Source of the DNA: Escherichia coli
GTDB lineage: Bacteria; Pseudomonadota; Gammaproteobacteria; Enterobacterales; Enterobacteriaceae
Strand: one strand, 5' to 3'
Length of the DNA stretch: 64,000 bases
NCBI RefSeq assembly: GCF_030013595.1
Contig: NZ_CP122768.1
Both the position numbers and the translations under genes were made by a program. Shown one piece after another: positions 21,923 through 35,244 of the stretch; the first letter of the stretch is position 1; every line of letters starts with the position of its first letter. The notes beneath the pieces were generated by a model, which was given only the letters and a program-made list of their open reading frames with translations, was not told the origin of the DNA and did not search any database.

Positions 21923-22753
21923 ACCGGACTCCTCCTGCGATCCCTTCTGATACTGTCATCAGCATTACGTCATCCTCCGTCATGTCCGCCACATCCGGGG
22001 AAGTAGGGATAACTTCATTCCCGTCCGGGCCAAAGCGGACACCTCCGGCAAGCCCTGCCGCTTTCTGCATCAGCACATCATCTTCAGGCTCTTCGTCAGC
22101 CTCGCGCCGGTTCAGCAGACTGAAATCCAGCGGATGCATATCCGGATCGCTGAAAAACAGGCTGAGCACGGTGTACGTCAGCCCGGAAAAGTGCATATCC
22201 AGCAGAACATCATGAAAATAATGGGTACTGTAAAAGCGGTGCCAGTCGGCATACTCCGTGGATGACATCCCGGCAAGCATGGCACGCCAGTCGGGTCGCC
22301 CCATCTCACGCGCCAGTTTCAGGGCAAAACTCAGCTCACCGTCGAACACTTTCCCGCAGAAACAGGCTCTGCAGGCCCGGCGTCATCTGCCTGTTCAGGT
22401 GCATCATTCACAACAAACTCAGACATACCGGACAGACGCATTACCACATTTTCAGCCTGAGCAATTGCCTCTGTGGGCCAGGTGGTAAGCACTTCCTGCT
22501 CAATTTGTTTAACGGCTTCATTCATGGATGGCATCTTTGTCTTCTGCGGATGGTTATGCCACAGGGACATCGCCACCAGAAAAGCACCGGTTCTGACGAG
22601 ATCTTCCACGCTCACCTGTCGATTGACACTGGAGCCCGCCTGTTCTGCCTGTCGTTTCAGCAGGGCGAGATGCTCAATACGCTGCAGGGCTGACAGTTCA
22701 GAAAGCGTGACGCTCACACCGTTATATTCAAATGATTCGGTTTTCAGGAACAT
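21915..22753 (-). CDS. T: tail assembly chaperone G-T fusion made by programmed -1 frameshift
   Basis: T reading frame (21915..22349) overlaps the 3' end of G in the -1 frame; slippery GGGAAAG lies at the overlap as in lambda. Confidence 0.8.
22331..22753 (-). CDS. G: tail assembly chaperone G
   Basis: 140-aa ORF MFLKTESFEYNGVSVTLSELSALQRIEHLALLKRQAEQ..., lambda gpG. Confidence 0.9.
   Translation of the reverse strand: MFLKTESFEYNGVSVTLSELSALQRIEHLALLKRQAEQAGSSVNRQVSVEDLVRTGAFLVAMSLWHNHPQKTKMPSMNEAVKQIEQEVLTTWPTEAIAQAENVVMRLSGMSEFVVNDAPEQADDAGPAEPVSAGKCSTVS
22349..22355 (-). other. slippery heptamer G GGA AAG for the G/G-T frameshift
   Basis: Plus strand CTTTCCC at 22349..22355; zero-frame codons GGA AAG are in the G frame, and the -1 frame continues into T. 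Confidence 0.75.
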
Positions 22754-22768
22754 CGCTGACTCTCCGGA

Positions 22769-23509
22769 TTAACTGGCGGTGACGGTGATTTCTGCAACCG
22801 CAGCAAGTTCACCATTACCGGATACAACCGGAATGTTGACCTTGCCTGCAGCAACGCCGTTCACGGTGATGGTCATACCGCTGACCGACACGGTGGCTTT
22901 TGTTTTATCCGCAGACACCGCACGAAAGCTCTTGTCGGTTACGCCCTCCGGCTGGAAGGCCACGGTCAGCGTGGTGCTCTGCCCTTTCACCACCGAGGTG
23001 CTGGCAGGCGTCACGGTCATGCCGGTTGCCGCTGTTACCGTGCTGCGATCTTCTGCCATCGACGGACGTCCCACATTGGTGACTTTCACCGTGCGGGTGA
23101 TCACTTCCTTCGCCGTCACCGCCTTACCGATACTGCTGACCCAGCCACGGAACACATCGACCGTGCCGTTCGGGAAGCGGATTTTATAGGCACGGGTATC
23201 GCCTTCATTAAACCACGCCAGCAGCGCCTGCTGCCCCTGCTCTCCGGGCATCCACGCCAGCGTGAAGCTGGTATCTCCGGCAGATTTCTGCCCCTGCCCG
23301 GTCGCAGTCCAGTCTGCATCTTCATCATCGAGATAGCTGTCGTCATAGGACTCAGCGGTCAGTTCGCCGGGCGTCAGGTCTTTAACTTTTGCCAGACGCG
23401 ACCAGTCAACGTCTGAAAGCGGATTCGCATAAGGGTCACCGCTCCCCTTATAAACCCACAGGGTGGTCCCGGCACCTTTCACCGGCATTACAGGATTTGG
23501 TACAGGCAT
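22769..23509 (-). CDS. V: major tail protein V
   Basis: 246-aa ORF from [22 protein letters not shown] (internal Met of track ORF), lambda gpV with C-terminal Ig-like domain. Confidence 0.9.
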   Translation of the reverse strand: MPVPNPVMPVKGAGTTLWVYKGSGDPYANPLSDVDWSRLAKVKDLTPGELTAESYDDSYLDDEDADWTATGQGQKSAGDTSFTLAWMPGEQGQQALLAWFNEGDTRAYKIRFPNGTVDVFRGWVSSIGKAVTAKEVITRTVKVTNVGRPSMAEDRSTVTAATGMTVTPASTSVVKGQSTTLTVAFQPEGVTDKSFRAVSADKTKATVSVSGMTITVNGVAAGKVNIPVVSGNGELAAVAEITVTAS

Positions 23510-23516
23510 AGCGTCC

Positions 23517-23912
23517 TCACATTTCATAGGTAATGACATAAGTCAGATCGGCTGAACTCCACAGGCCCGCATCATCGTCGCGCCGGTAGTCATAGCCGCT
23601 GGCCACCATACTGGTGATCAAATCTGACAGTGCCGGGATATCGCTCATCACCGGATAAATCCGGGACTCCATCCACGCATCCAGCTCTGAATCCGGCACC
23701 TGAGCAGGCAGGAAAACTTCGATATGCAGCTCCGCCTGCCAGGTATCGCTGTCCAGCTCTTCGCCCGTGTATTCAGCGCCGGTGAGATAAACGGCAACTG
23801 CCGGAAAATCCGCCTCATCAAAAACAGCGGGGCGACCATCAAAAAACGTCGCCCCGGTGTCATGCTTCTCCAGTGCATCCAGTACGGCTGCACGGAGTTC
23901 AGTATGTTTCAT
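23517..23912 (-). CDS. U: tail terminator protein U
   Basis: 131-aa [33 protein letters not shown]..., lambda gpU. Confidence 0.9.
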   Translation of the reverse strand: MKHTELRAAVLDALEKHDTGATFFDGRPAVFDEADFPAVAVYLTGAEYTGEELDSDTWQAELHIEVFLPAQVPDSELDAWMESRIYPVMSDIPALSDLITSMVASGYDYRRDDDAGLWSSADLTYVITYEM

Positions 23913-24487
23913 CGCTTTATTACCATCCTCAGTTGATGCTGCAGCGCATAGCCCAGCTCTTTCGGAAGACGTTCACGCCGTATCCGCTCAATATTTTGTT
24001 TAAACGCCGTGGTCAGCGGCACCGCCATCGGGATTTTCACCACATCAATGGGGTAACGGTTTTTCCCGGCCACACGCTGCATGACATGCCACCGGCCATT
24101 TTTCAGTTGCTGAATAAACGCGCCGGGAATACGACGGTTACCCACCACAAGCACGCTGCCGCCACCTTTCAGGGATGAACGCTGCCCCTTTTTACGACGC
24201 CTGCGGCGCGAAAGGACAACCCGCGCATTACCCAGCTTGATTACGGGCAAATCCCCCCGGTTAACCTTGATTCTGGCCTGCGGATTTTTGACCGTGGCCC
24301 TTTTCAGCCTGGCCCTTTCCTTTACCAGTTTCCGGCGTACCTTTGTCTCACGGGCAACCTGTGACGCCGACTGCGATATCGCGGATGAAGCAACGCGGTT
24401 AATGGCCATTGCGGCGGCACCGGGCACCGCCGTTCTGCTGATACGGCTGAGGTTTTCAACGGCCTGCTCAAGACCTTTTATGGCCAT
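23909..24487 (-). CDS. Z: tail completion protein Z
   Basis: 192-aa ORF MAIKGLEQAVENLSRISRTAVPGAAAMAINR..., lambda gpZ. Confidence 0.9.
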   Translation of the reverse strand: MAIKGLEQAVENLSRISRTAVPGAAAMAINRVASSAISQSASQVARETKVRRKLVKERARLKRATVKNPQARIKVNRGDLPVIKLGNARVVLSRRRRRKKGQRSSLKGGGSVLVVGNRRIPGAFIQQLKNGRWHVMQRVAGKNRYPIDVVKIPMAVPLTTAFKQNIERIRRERLPKELGYALQHQLRMVIKR

Positions 24488-24498
24488 ACATCCCCCTT

Positions 24499-24852
24499 TC
24501 AGCGGCGACGGTTAACGGCAGGCGGTACGCCCCGCCCAAGCCAGAGATGACAGCTTCCGCCATCATCCGGCGAAATCCGGTCCACCCAGAAGTTTTCCTC
24601 GCCGATGGTCAGTGTGTCTCCACGCCGCAGCTGCCGCACATCATCAGTCCGGACAAACAGGGACGGGCTGGAGCCTTCAACGCGCACCCCCTGTCCGGCA
24701 TAGCTGATATTTTCAGGGTCATCAAAAACACCACGTATCACAGCACCGGACAGCTCACCGGATGTCATGGTGGCTGACGTTCCCATGTACCCGCGTATCG
24801 TTTCATCGGCGCGGGCAATGGCAGCATCGAACAGGTTATCGGAATCAGCCAC
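24499..24852 (-). CDS. FII: head-tail connector protein FII
   Basis: 117-aa ORF MADSDNLFDAAIARADETIRGYMGTSATM..., lambda gpFII. Confidence 0.9.
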   Translation of the reverse strand: MADSDNLFDAAIARADETIRGYMGTSATMTSGELSGAVIRGVFDDPENISYAGQGVRVEGSSPSLFVRTDDVRQLRRGDTLTIGEENFWVDRISPDDGGSCHLWLGRGVPPAVNRRR

Positions 24853-24863
24853 AGCGCCTCCCG

Positions 24864-25262
24864 TTATTGCATTCTGGCCAGGCCATGTTCTGTCATTTCG
24901 GCTGCCACACCGGCAGAGACACGAAACGCCGTTCCCGGCAGCACAAATGCCACAGGCTCATCCCGCGTGGCGTGAAGTGCATCAGTATGCAGCGTCACCA
25001 GTGCCACGACCGTGACCAGAGCAGCCGTATCAATCACGGTATCCGGCTGCGCTGATACCACCTCATTTTCATGCCCGGTCAGCGCATTTTCCGGGCTGAC
25101 AGATGTGTCCTGACCGGCAGCGTCATCCGTGTCATCAAGCTCCTCTTCCAGCTCTGCCACACGGAGTGCCAGTTCTTCTTTCGTCCCCGTCAGGCTGACA
25201 TCACGGTTCAGTTGCTCACCCAGCACCTGAAGACGGGCAATCAGTTCATCTTTCGTCATGGA
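24864..25262 (-). CDS. FI: DNA packaging protein FI
   Basis: 132-aa ORF from MTKDELIARLQVLGEQLNRDVSLTGTKEELALRVAELEEEL (internal Met of track ORF), lambda gpFI. Confidence 0.88.
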   Translation of the reverse strand, partial: SMTKDELIARLQVLGEQLNRDVSLTGTKEELALRVAELEEELDDTDDAAGQDTSVSPENALTGHENEVVSAQPDTVIDTAALVTVVALVTLHTDALHATRDEPVAFVLPGTAFRVSAGVAAEMTEHGLARMQ

Positions 25263-25300
25263 CTCCTCCACAGAGAGAAAATGGCCCCGAAGGGCCATGA

Positions 25301-26326
25301 TTACGCCAGTTGTACGGACACGAACGCATCAGGGTCAGCCAGCAGCATCAGCGGTGCTGACTGAATCATGGTGAACTCACGCGCCGGATCGCCGGTGGTC
25401 ACCCAGTTTTTCGGGTAGCGGGCAGAGGCGTTAATACCTTCGCGCTGTGCGTCCGCATCCTGAATGCAGCCATAGGTGCGCAGACCGCGTGCCTGAGTGT
25501 TCCCCAGCACCATCGTGTTGTCCGGAAGGAAGTTCTTTTTGACGTCGTTTTCCACATACTGTCCGGAATACACGACGATCGCCGTATCGCCATACATCCC
25601 CTTATAGGACACCGCTTCGCCCAGGTCTTTTACCGCTGTCTCCAGCTCGGAATTAGAGCCGCGACGGGTATCCAGCTTCTCCCTGACGGCTTTGAAGGAA
25701 CGGAACAGCGCCCAGCCTTTCGGATCAAACACGATGATATTCACCACACCGCTGGCGTTCAGCGCGTAGGCTTCGATATCGTCGGTCGGGTCATACGTGG
25801 ACTTGTCACGCTTGCTCCACTCCGTACCGCCGGACTGCGTGATGTTGTTCGCCACACTGCGGCCCATATCCACTTCAACCGGATCGAAGGCTTCACCGGT
25901 CATGGTGTATTTGCCCTTAAGCACGGCAGAAACTGCCTGCATCTCTTCGACCTGAGCAATGGCCAGCTCTTCGTCTCGCATGTTCTGCAGGATGATGCGA
26001 CGGCGGCGGTAAGCCGGGTCCGCCAGATTCTGTGGATCTTCATCCGGCAGGCGACGCAGGGTCATCTGCGGATTCACCTCATGCTTGGGTTTGACATATC
26101 CCGGTGTAAATTCAGAGGTGGAGCCGCCACGGGAGCGGATAACCTCACCGGAAACAATCGGCGAAACGTACAGCGCCATGTTTACCAGTCCCGGAATTTG
26201 TGAGAGATAGACTTTCTCCGTGGTGAAGGGATAGCTCTCACGGAAAAAGAGACGCAGAAACAGCGGATCAAACTTAAATTTCTTCTCATTTGCCGCCAGC
26301 AGCTGGGCGGTTGTGTACATCGACAT
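25301..26326 (-). CDS. E: major capsid protein E
   Basis: 341-aa ORF from MSMYTTAQLLAANEKKFKFDPLFLRLFFRESYPF, lambda gpE. Confidence 0.93.
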   Translation of the reverse strand: MSMYTTAQLLAANEKKFKFDPLFLRLFFRESYPFTTEKVYLSQIPGLVNMALYVSPIVSGEVIRSRGGSTSEFTPGYVKPKHEVNPQMTLRRLPDEDPQNLADPAYRRRRIILQNMRDEELAIAQVEEMQAVSAVLKGKYTMTGEAFDPVEVDMGRSVANNITQSGGTEWSKRDKSTYDPTDDIEAYALNASGVVNIIVFDPKGWALFRSFKAVREKLDTRRGSNSELETAVKDLGEAVSYKGMYGDTAIVVYSGQYVENDVKKNFLPDNTMVLGNTQARGLRTYGCIQDADAQREGINASARYPKNWVTTGDPAREFTMIQSAPLMLLADPDAFVSVQLA

Positions 26327-26381
26327 AAAAAAATCCCGTAAAAAAAGCCGCACAGGCGGCCTTTAGTGATGAAGGGTAAGG

Positions 26382-26714
26382 TTAAACGATGCTGATTGCC
26401 GTTCCGGCAAACGCGGTCCGTTTTTTCGTCTCGTCGCTGGCAGCCTCCGGCCAGAGCACATCCTCATAACGGAACGTGCCGGACTTGTAGTACGTCAGCG
26501 TGGTGCTGGTCTGGTCAGCATCAACCGCCAGAATGCCAACGGCAGCACCGTCGGTGGTGCCATCCCACGCAACCAGCTTACGGGTGGAGGTATCCAGCAT
26601 CAGCGGGGTCATTGCAGGCGCTTTCGCACTCAATCCGCCGGGCGCGGTTGCCGTATGTGCCGGGTCACTGTTGCCCAGCGGCTGGTAATGGGTAAAGGTT
26701 TCTTTGCTCGTCAT
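26382..26714 (-). CDS. D: head decoration protein D
   Basis: 110-aa ORF from [33 protein letters not shown], lambda gpD. Confidence 0.92.
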   Translation of the reverse strand: MTSKETFTHYQPLGNSDPAHTATAPGGLSAKAPAMTPLMLDTSTRKLVAWDGTTDGAAVGILAVDADQTSTTLTYYKSGTFRYEDVLWPEAASDETKKRTAFAGTAISIV

Positions 26715-26723
26715 AAACATCCC

Positions 26724-27329
26724 TTACACTGGTGTGTTCAGCAAATCGTTAACGGCATCAGATGCCGGGTTACCTGCAGCCAGCGGTGCCGGTGCCCCCT
26801 GCATCAGACGATCCAGCGCAGTGTCACTGCGCGCCTGTGCACTCTGTGGTGCAGCTGCCAGAATGCGGCGGGCCGTTTCCACGGTCATACCGGGGGTTTC
26901 GGCCAGCACGCGTGCCTGTTCTTCACGTCCGTGAGCCTCCTCACAGTTGAGGATCCCCATAATGCGACTGTTTTCTGCCGCAACCGCTGCGGTGATCTGC
27001 GCGTTTACGTCCGGCTGCGCCGCGCTGGCGTTCTCGCCCTCCGTCGCTTGCACCACGCCAGTAACGTCAGCCTGCGAAGCAGTGGCTGAAACAGTTGTTG
27101 ATTGAGTCTCTTTGGTCATTCGCCCTCCTGAGAGACGGGATTTACGTGCATCCAGTGCATCACGCATGACGGTGATCGCATCGGTACTGTTAACAAGTTC
27201 ATCAGCCAGTCCGGCATCAATGGCCTCCTGACCGCTGTACACTGCAGCCTCGGTATCCAGCACAGCCTGCACAGACAGGCCGGTATATGCCGACACCTTC
27301 TGTGCAAACATCCGGCGGGTTGCATCCAT
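26724..27329 (-). CDS. Nu3: capsid scaffolding protein Nu3 (in-frame internal start within C)
   Basis: In-frame ATG at 27329..27327 giving MDATRRMFAQKVSAYTGLSVQ..., 606 nt as lambda Nu3. Confidence 0.7.
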   Translation of the reverse strand: MDATRRMFAQKVSAYTGLSVQAVLDTEAAVYSGQEAIDAGLADELVNSTDAITVMRDALDARKSRLSGGRMTKETQSTTVSATASQADVTGVVQATEGENASAAQPDVNAQITAAVAAENSRIMGILNCEEAHGREEQARVLAETPGMTVETARRILAAAPQSAQARSDTALDRLMQGAPAPLAAGNPASDAVNDLLNTPV

Positions 27330-28023
27330 CCGGGACTGCAGTGTTTCCCGGACATCATCCGGTAGATGGCTGTAGGGGTTGCCATCCACCTTATGGCTGC
27401 CGCTGTAAATCAGCGTGATTTCCACGCCCTGTTTCTCCAGCGCAGCGCCGTAATTACTGTGAGCCATCATGACGCCGATGGAGCCTGTCCGGGCGGTCTG
27501 CGTGACCAGACGCCGGGAGGCGGCACTGGCAAGCAGCTGACCTGCGCTGCAGTTCATGTCATTGGCCAGCGCCCATACCGGCTTTATGTCACGCACACGG
27601 GCGATGATGTCAGCGCAGTCAAATGCCCCCGCCACCATTCCGCCTGGCGTATCCATATCGAGCAGAATGCCGTCCACCATCGGGTCACTGGCAGCCTGTT
27701 GCAGACGGGCGATAATGCCGTTGTAACCGGTCATTCCCGAATACGGCTGCAGCGCCCGCGTCCGACTGACCAGCGTACCGGACACCGGCAGCACGGCGAT
27801 GCCGTTCATGACCTGATAACTGCGGGCCTGTCGTGGTCCGTCATCATCACCGGATAACGCCAGCGCCGCGGGTGCCTCTCCGGCAGTCAGGCTGTCGCCG
27901 GATACTGCATCCGTCAGGCGGCTGATCCCAAGCTGGCCTGCAAGCGCACAAAAGAAAACCCGCGCATAGGCGGGTTCAAGCATCAGCGGCTCATTAAAAG
28001 CCATGCTGGCAATATGCGGGAGA

Positions 28024-28043
<20 letters not shown>
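26724..28043 (-). CDS. C: capsid assembly protease C (GTG start)
   Basis: 1320 nt as in lambda C; starts at GTG giving (M)TAELRNLPHIASMAFNEPLMLEPAYARVF; 20-bp overlap with B as in lambda. Confidence 0.88.
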
Positions 28044-31724
<3,681 letters not shown>

Positions 31725-31750
<26 letters not shown>

Positions 31751-32270
31751 TCAGCAACCCCGGTATCAGTTCATCCAGCGCGGCTGCTTTGTTCATGGCT
31801 TTGATGATATCCCGTTTCAGGAAATCAACATGTCGGTTTTCCAGTTCCGGAAAACGCCGCTGCACCGACAGGGGGATCCCGTCGAGAATACTGGCAATTT
31901 CACCTGCGATCCGCGACAGCACGAAAGTACAGAATGCGGTTTCCACCACTTCAGCTGAGTCTCTGGCATTCTTCAGTTCCTGTGCGTCGGCCTGCGCACG
32001 CGTAAGTCGATGGCGTTCGTACTCAATAGTCCCTGGCTGGAGATCTGCCTCGCTGGCCTGGCGCAGTTCTTCAACCTCCCGGCGCAGCTTTTCGTTCTCA
32101 ATTTCAGCATCCCTTTCGGCATACCATTTTATAACGGCGGCAGAGTCATAAAGCACCTCATTACCCTTGCCACCGCCTCGCAGAACGGGCATTCCCTGTT
32201 CCTGCCAGTTCTGAATGGTACGGATACTCGCACCGAAAATGTCAGCCAGCTGCTTTTTGTTGACTTCCAT
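31725..32270 (-). CDS. Nu1: terminase small subunit Nu1
   Basis: 181-aa ORF MEVNKKQLADIFGASIRTIQNWQEQGMPVLRGGGKGNEV..., lambda Nu1 with N-terminal wHTH; 26-bp overlap with A as in lambda. Confidence 0.92.
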
Positions 32271-32447
32271 TGTTCATTCCACGGCCAAAAACAGAGAAAG
32301 GAAACGACAAAGGCCCAAAAGTTCGTTTTCAGCACCTGTCGTTTCCTTTCTTTTCAGGGGGTATTTTAAATAGAAACATTAAGTTACGACGAAGAAGAAC
32401 GGAAACGCCTTAAACCGGAAAATTTTCATAAATAGCGAAAACCCGCG
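32271..32447 (-). promoter_or_regulatory. cosB region (terminase binding sites) between cosN and Nu1
   Basis: Reverse complement reads GGGCGGCGACCTCGCGGGTTTTCGCTATTTATGAAAATTTTCCGGTTTAAGGCG..., about 95 percent identical to the lambda left-end leader as I recall it. Confidence 0.75.
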
Positions 32448-32459
32448 AGGTCGCCGCCC
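32448..32459 (-). other. cosN 12-nt cohesive-end sequence GGGCGGCGACCT
   Basis: Plus strand AGGTCGCCGCCC at 32448..32459, the reverse complement of the lambda 5' overhang. Confidence 0.85.
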
Positions 32460-32863
32460 CGTGGCAGGCCACCCCACCGGAAGGACCCGCACAAATGAGA
32501 GTGATTATCACCATTGCTGATGAATAAATTGATGAAAATCATTAAAACGCCTTTCAGCAAGATAACGGCGACGGTCGTTGTTGCACTCCGTAACTCTGCG
32601 ACTAAGGTTAAAAGCATGGCCCTCTTTTGCCACCGGCAAATCTTCAATGGATTTCCCCTGCCGGTTTTTTATTTTCGTCGATGCATAACATTGCATTTAC
32701 ATCAATAGCGGCTATTGTCATTAGTATGTTGCATAAATGCATGGGTGGTATTGGCGGTCTTCGCCGGCCGGTTCTGTGTAGCTGGACCGTTTTTTTATTT
32801 CTCACATTACAGCAGCCCCTTAGAGTGAAGGGCTGCTGTAATGCCGCAATCTTTTTTAACATG

Positions 32864-32883
32864 AAAAAGGCCGCAGAGCGGCC
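32864..32883 (-). terminator. candidate rho-independent terminator for the int-cargo transcript
   Basis: Hairpin GGCCGC-AGA-GCGGCC (32869..32883) preceded on the plus strand by AAAAA, i.e. followed by a U-run on the minus strand; about 125 bp after the 146-aa ORF stop. Confidence 0.5.
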
Positions 32884-33008
32884 ATAAACACAAGTAAAAA
32901 TCAATAAGTTATATAATTATCAAAGACTTACAGACACACAAAAACACAGCCAACCACAACAAATAACAGGGATGTGGTCATTTTGTGGATCATATCGCCG
33001 CCATAAAT

Positions 33009-33446
33009 TTACTTAATAACAGTAACCACAGCCACAAGCACGGCCATCGCAGACAGGACAATACCTGTGAGTAACCAAGTCTGATTTGCAAATGATTTCT
33101 GAAGTTCAGTACGATGCTCAGCCATCTCAACTTTCAGAGACTGGCGTAAATCAGCCATCTCAGACTTCAGGGATTGGCGCGATTCTGCCATCTCAAGCCT
33201 CAACCCTTCGCGAATCTCCAGTACATCAGATTTGGTAGCAAAGGATTCGCTTCTTGTGGTGAGAGTAATCAGGTTGTTTTTGATTTCAGTCACATCACTT
33301 TCCAGGCAACTGACCCGCCGTTCAAGGTCGTCATTCATGCCATCACCTCCATCATTACCACTTCCTGTTACTTGGTTGTTGGATACATTATAGGCATTCT
33401 CTTTCTTTTTTCTGAACCGCGAAATATGTGCAACATTCTCTGCCAT
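33009..33446 (-). CDS. hypothetical coiled-coil protein with C-terminal transmembrane anchor
   Basis: ORF ...LEIREGLRLEMAESRQSLKSEMADLRQSLKVEMAEHRTELQKSFANQTWLLTGIVLSAMAVLVAVVTVIK; ATG shares one base with the upstream stop (TGATG); family not recognised. Confidence 0.55.
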   Translation of the reverse strand: MAENVAHISRFRKKKENAYNVSNNQVTGSGNDGGDGMNDDLERRVSCLESDVTEIKNNLITLTTRSESFATKSDVLEIREGLRLEMAESRQSLKSEMADLRQSLKVEMAEHRTELQKSFANQTWLLTGIVLSAMAVLVAVVTVIK

Positions 33447-33808
33447 CACTTCTCATCACCCTGCTTGCCTACCCAGTTCATAAAGGCCCGGGCCGAGTAA
33501 CGATGAACAAACCCACATCTGTTACAGGTAAGTCGGAATTCATAGTTATGGATATTTTCCCGATCATGTCCCTCATATCCCGGATACCCAGTAAATGGAC
33601 CGATGTAATCAAGCATAACAAAAGTGCCTAAATCACACTCCTCAGCAGTTTTCGGCTCAGGCCCCACCTCAACAATATTCGTCAAATACATGTACATATC
33701 CGTATCGCCACACGACAAACATTTTTCATTCGTAGACGACTCATTGAGAAAACGCGCAAAATTATCGAGCGTTGCCATTCTTTTAAGTTCATCTAAATGA
33801 AACTTCAC
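33446..33808 (-). CDS. hypothetical Cys-rich protein (two CxxC pairs), translationally coupled to int
   Basis: 120-aa ORF with CLSCGD and CNRCGF; GTG start 2 nt after the int stop, preceded by AGGAGG inside the int 3' end. Confidence 0.55.
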   Translation of the reverse strand: MKFHLDELKRMATLDNFARFLNESSTNEKCLSCGDTDMYMYLTNIVEVGPEPKTAEECDLGTFVMLDYIGPFTGYPGYEGHDRENIHNYEFRLTCNRCGFVHRYSARAFMNWVGKQGDEK

Positions 33809-33810
33809 TC

Positions 33811-34788
33811 TTAAGCACCTCCTAGTGGATTAAACCTCACCGCATCCTGCAGGTAATCCGGCGCAAGATGGGCATAAATCATCGTTGTCTGAATCTTTGC
33901 GTGCCCCAGAATTTTCTGGAGCGTCAGAATATTGCCGCCGTTCATCATGAAATGACTGGCGAAGGTATGGCGCAGCGCATGAACAGCCTGGCCGTCAGGA
34001 ACATCAGGTGCGACCGTTTTGATGACATCGCGAACCAATGGATAATCCAGCGTCGGAAACACCAGTTTCCCGCCCCGTATTTTGATCTTTTCAAACAGGC
34101 TTTCAGAAATAGGAACGGTACGGTTTTTGCTGTTCTTCGTTTTTGAAAAAGTGATTCGACAATGAAGAACACGGCGCTGCTCTAGTGCCGCTACCTCGCC
34201 CCATCGCGCCCCGGTCGACAGAAGGATTTCGACAGCCAGCCGTTCATCGGGATTTTCAGCCAGTGCATCCAGCAACTGAACACATTCAGACTTACTCAGA
34301 TATCCCATTTCGCGCTCGTTAACCTTCATTCCTTTAAGGCCTTGAACGGGGTTATCGTTAAGAAAATGGCCGGATGAGATGAGTGCGGTAAACATCGCGC
34401 TTAACGCCCCAATCTCTCGATTTATGGTGCTGGGCTGTATCCCCTGCTCTATCCTGGACACACGTAGCTCGGTGAGCATCGTTGTATTAAGTTTATGCAC
34501 GCACGGGTCATCCATTGCCTCACTCAAGCGCAGCAATTTAAGGCGCGTGTTATGCCCTGACTTCATTAGCTGGCCGTGGTATTTCCACCACAAGTCAATA
34601 AGCACTGACAGCGGGCGGCGATCAATGGAGTTTCCTTTCCACTCATTGTTATGCTGTTGCGCCAGCACCCACCGCTCATATAAAACTGCATCCGATTTCG
34701 TTTTAAATTTTTTGCGAATGCGTTTGCCTTTACGCCCCTCAGGACGCATGTCAAGAAGATACCCTCCCGGAATTGATTTTATGCTCAT
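33811..34788 (-). CDS. int: tyrosine integrase, P2 Int family
   Basis: Starts MSIKSIPGGYLLDMRPEGRKGKRIRKKFKTKSDAV (compare P2 Int MAIKKLDDGRYEVDIRPTGRNGKRIRRKF); catalytic ...HALRHTFASH... and ...TTMIYAHL... motifs. Confidence 0.9.
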   Translation of the reverse strand: MSIKSIPGGYLLDMRPEGRKGKRIRKKFKTKSDAVLYERWVLAQQHNNEWKGNSIDRRPLSVLIDLWWKYHGQLMKSGHNTRLKLLRLSEAMDDPCVHKLNTTMLTELRVSRIEQGIQPSTINREIGALSAMFTALISSGHFLNDNPVQGLKGMKVNEREMGYLSKSECVQLLDALAENPDERLAVEILLSTGARWGEVAALEQRRVLHCRITFSKTKNSKNRTVPISESLFEKIKIRGGKLVFPTLDYPLVRDVIKTVAPDVPDGQAVHALRHTFASHFMMNGGNILTLQKILGHAKIQTTMIYAHLAPDYLQDAVRFNPLGGA

Positions 34789-34837
34789 TCGTGAAGCCCC
34801 AGCGTTACAAGACCACCATGCCCCCAGCGTTCCATGA

Positions 34838-35149
34838 TTAGCCGGGCTGTGTGCCAGTCTTGCGGGATTTTTGAGAAGACGATGTGTTTTCTGGCCCATC
34901 AGGGGAGAGAGAAGGACTGATCTGCCCAGCAGCCTCATTTGTTTCGTTACTCATCAACCACGTAGTGTATTTTTTAAATTCCGGGTGCATTGTGATTTTC
35001 AGTAAAACCTCCGTTCCCACACCTCGAATACCAGTCTCGTATTGCTTAACCGTACCAACCGCAATACCTATTGAATCCGCGAACTTTGCCTGACTAAGCC
35101 CCTCAGATTCTCGAATTGCTTTTAGCTTCTTTGATATCTCTATTGACAT
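34838..35149 (-). CDS. C: immunity repressor C (P2 C family HTH)
   Basis: 103-aa ORF MSIEISKKLKAIRESEGLSQAKFADSIGIAVGTVKQYETG...HPEFKKYTTWLMSNE...GQISPSL, resembles P2 C; directly upstream of int on the same strand. Confidence 0.75.
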   Translation of the reverse strand: MSIEISKKLKAIRESEGLSQAKFADSIGIAVGTVKQYETGIRGVGTEVLLKITMHPEFKKYTTWLMSNETNEAAGQISPSLSPDGPENTSSSQKSRKTGTQPG

Positions 35150-35244
35150 GGTGTGCACCTGAATACTATATTGGTTATCAGTTGAGTACCACTTGACACT
35201 ACAAAGAGCCACAAATAGCACCAGATTGAATAGGTTATCACACC
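35150..35244. promoter_or_regulatory. divergent C / cox switch region with direct repeats
   Basis: 95-bp interval between divergent C and cox starts; AT(T/A)GGTTATCA at 35170..35181 and 35230..35241 flank a TTGACA at 35193..35198. Confidence 0.5.

Noticed and set aside
32426-32887. Several 62-86 aa ORFs on both strands around lambda cos
   Set aside because: They overlap cosN/cosB or the hairpins at 32809..32883, and lambda has no genes in the equivalent terminal 0.5 kb
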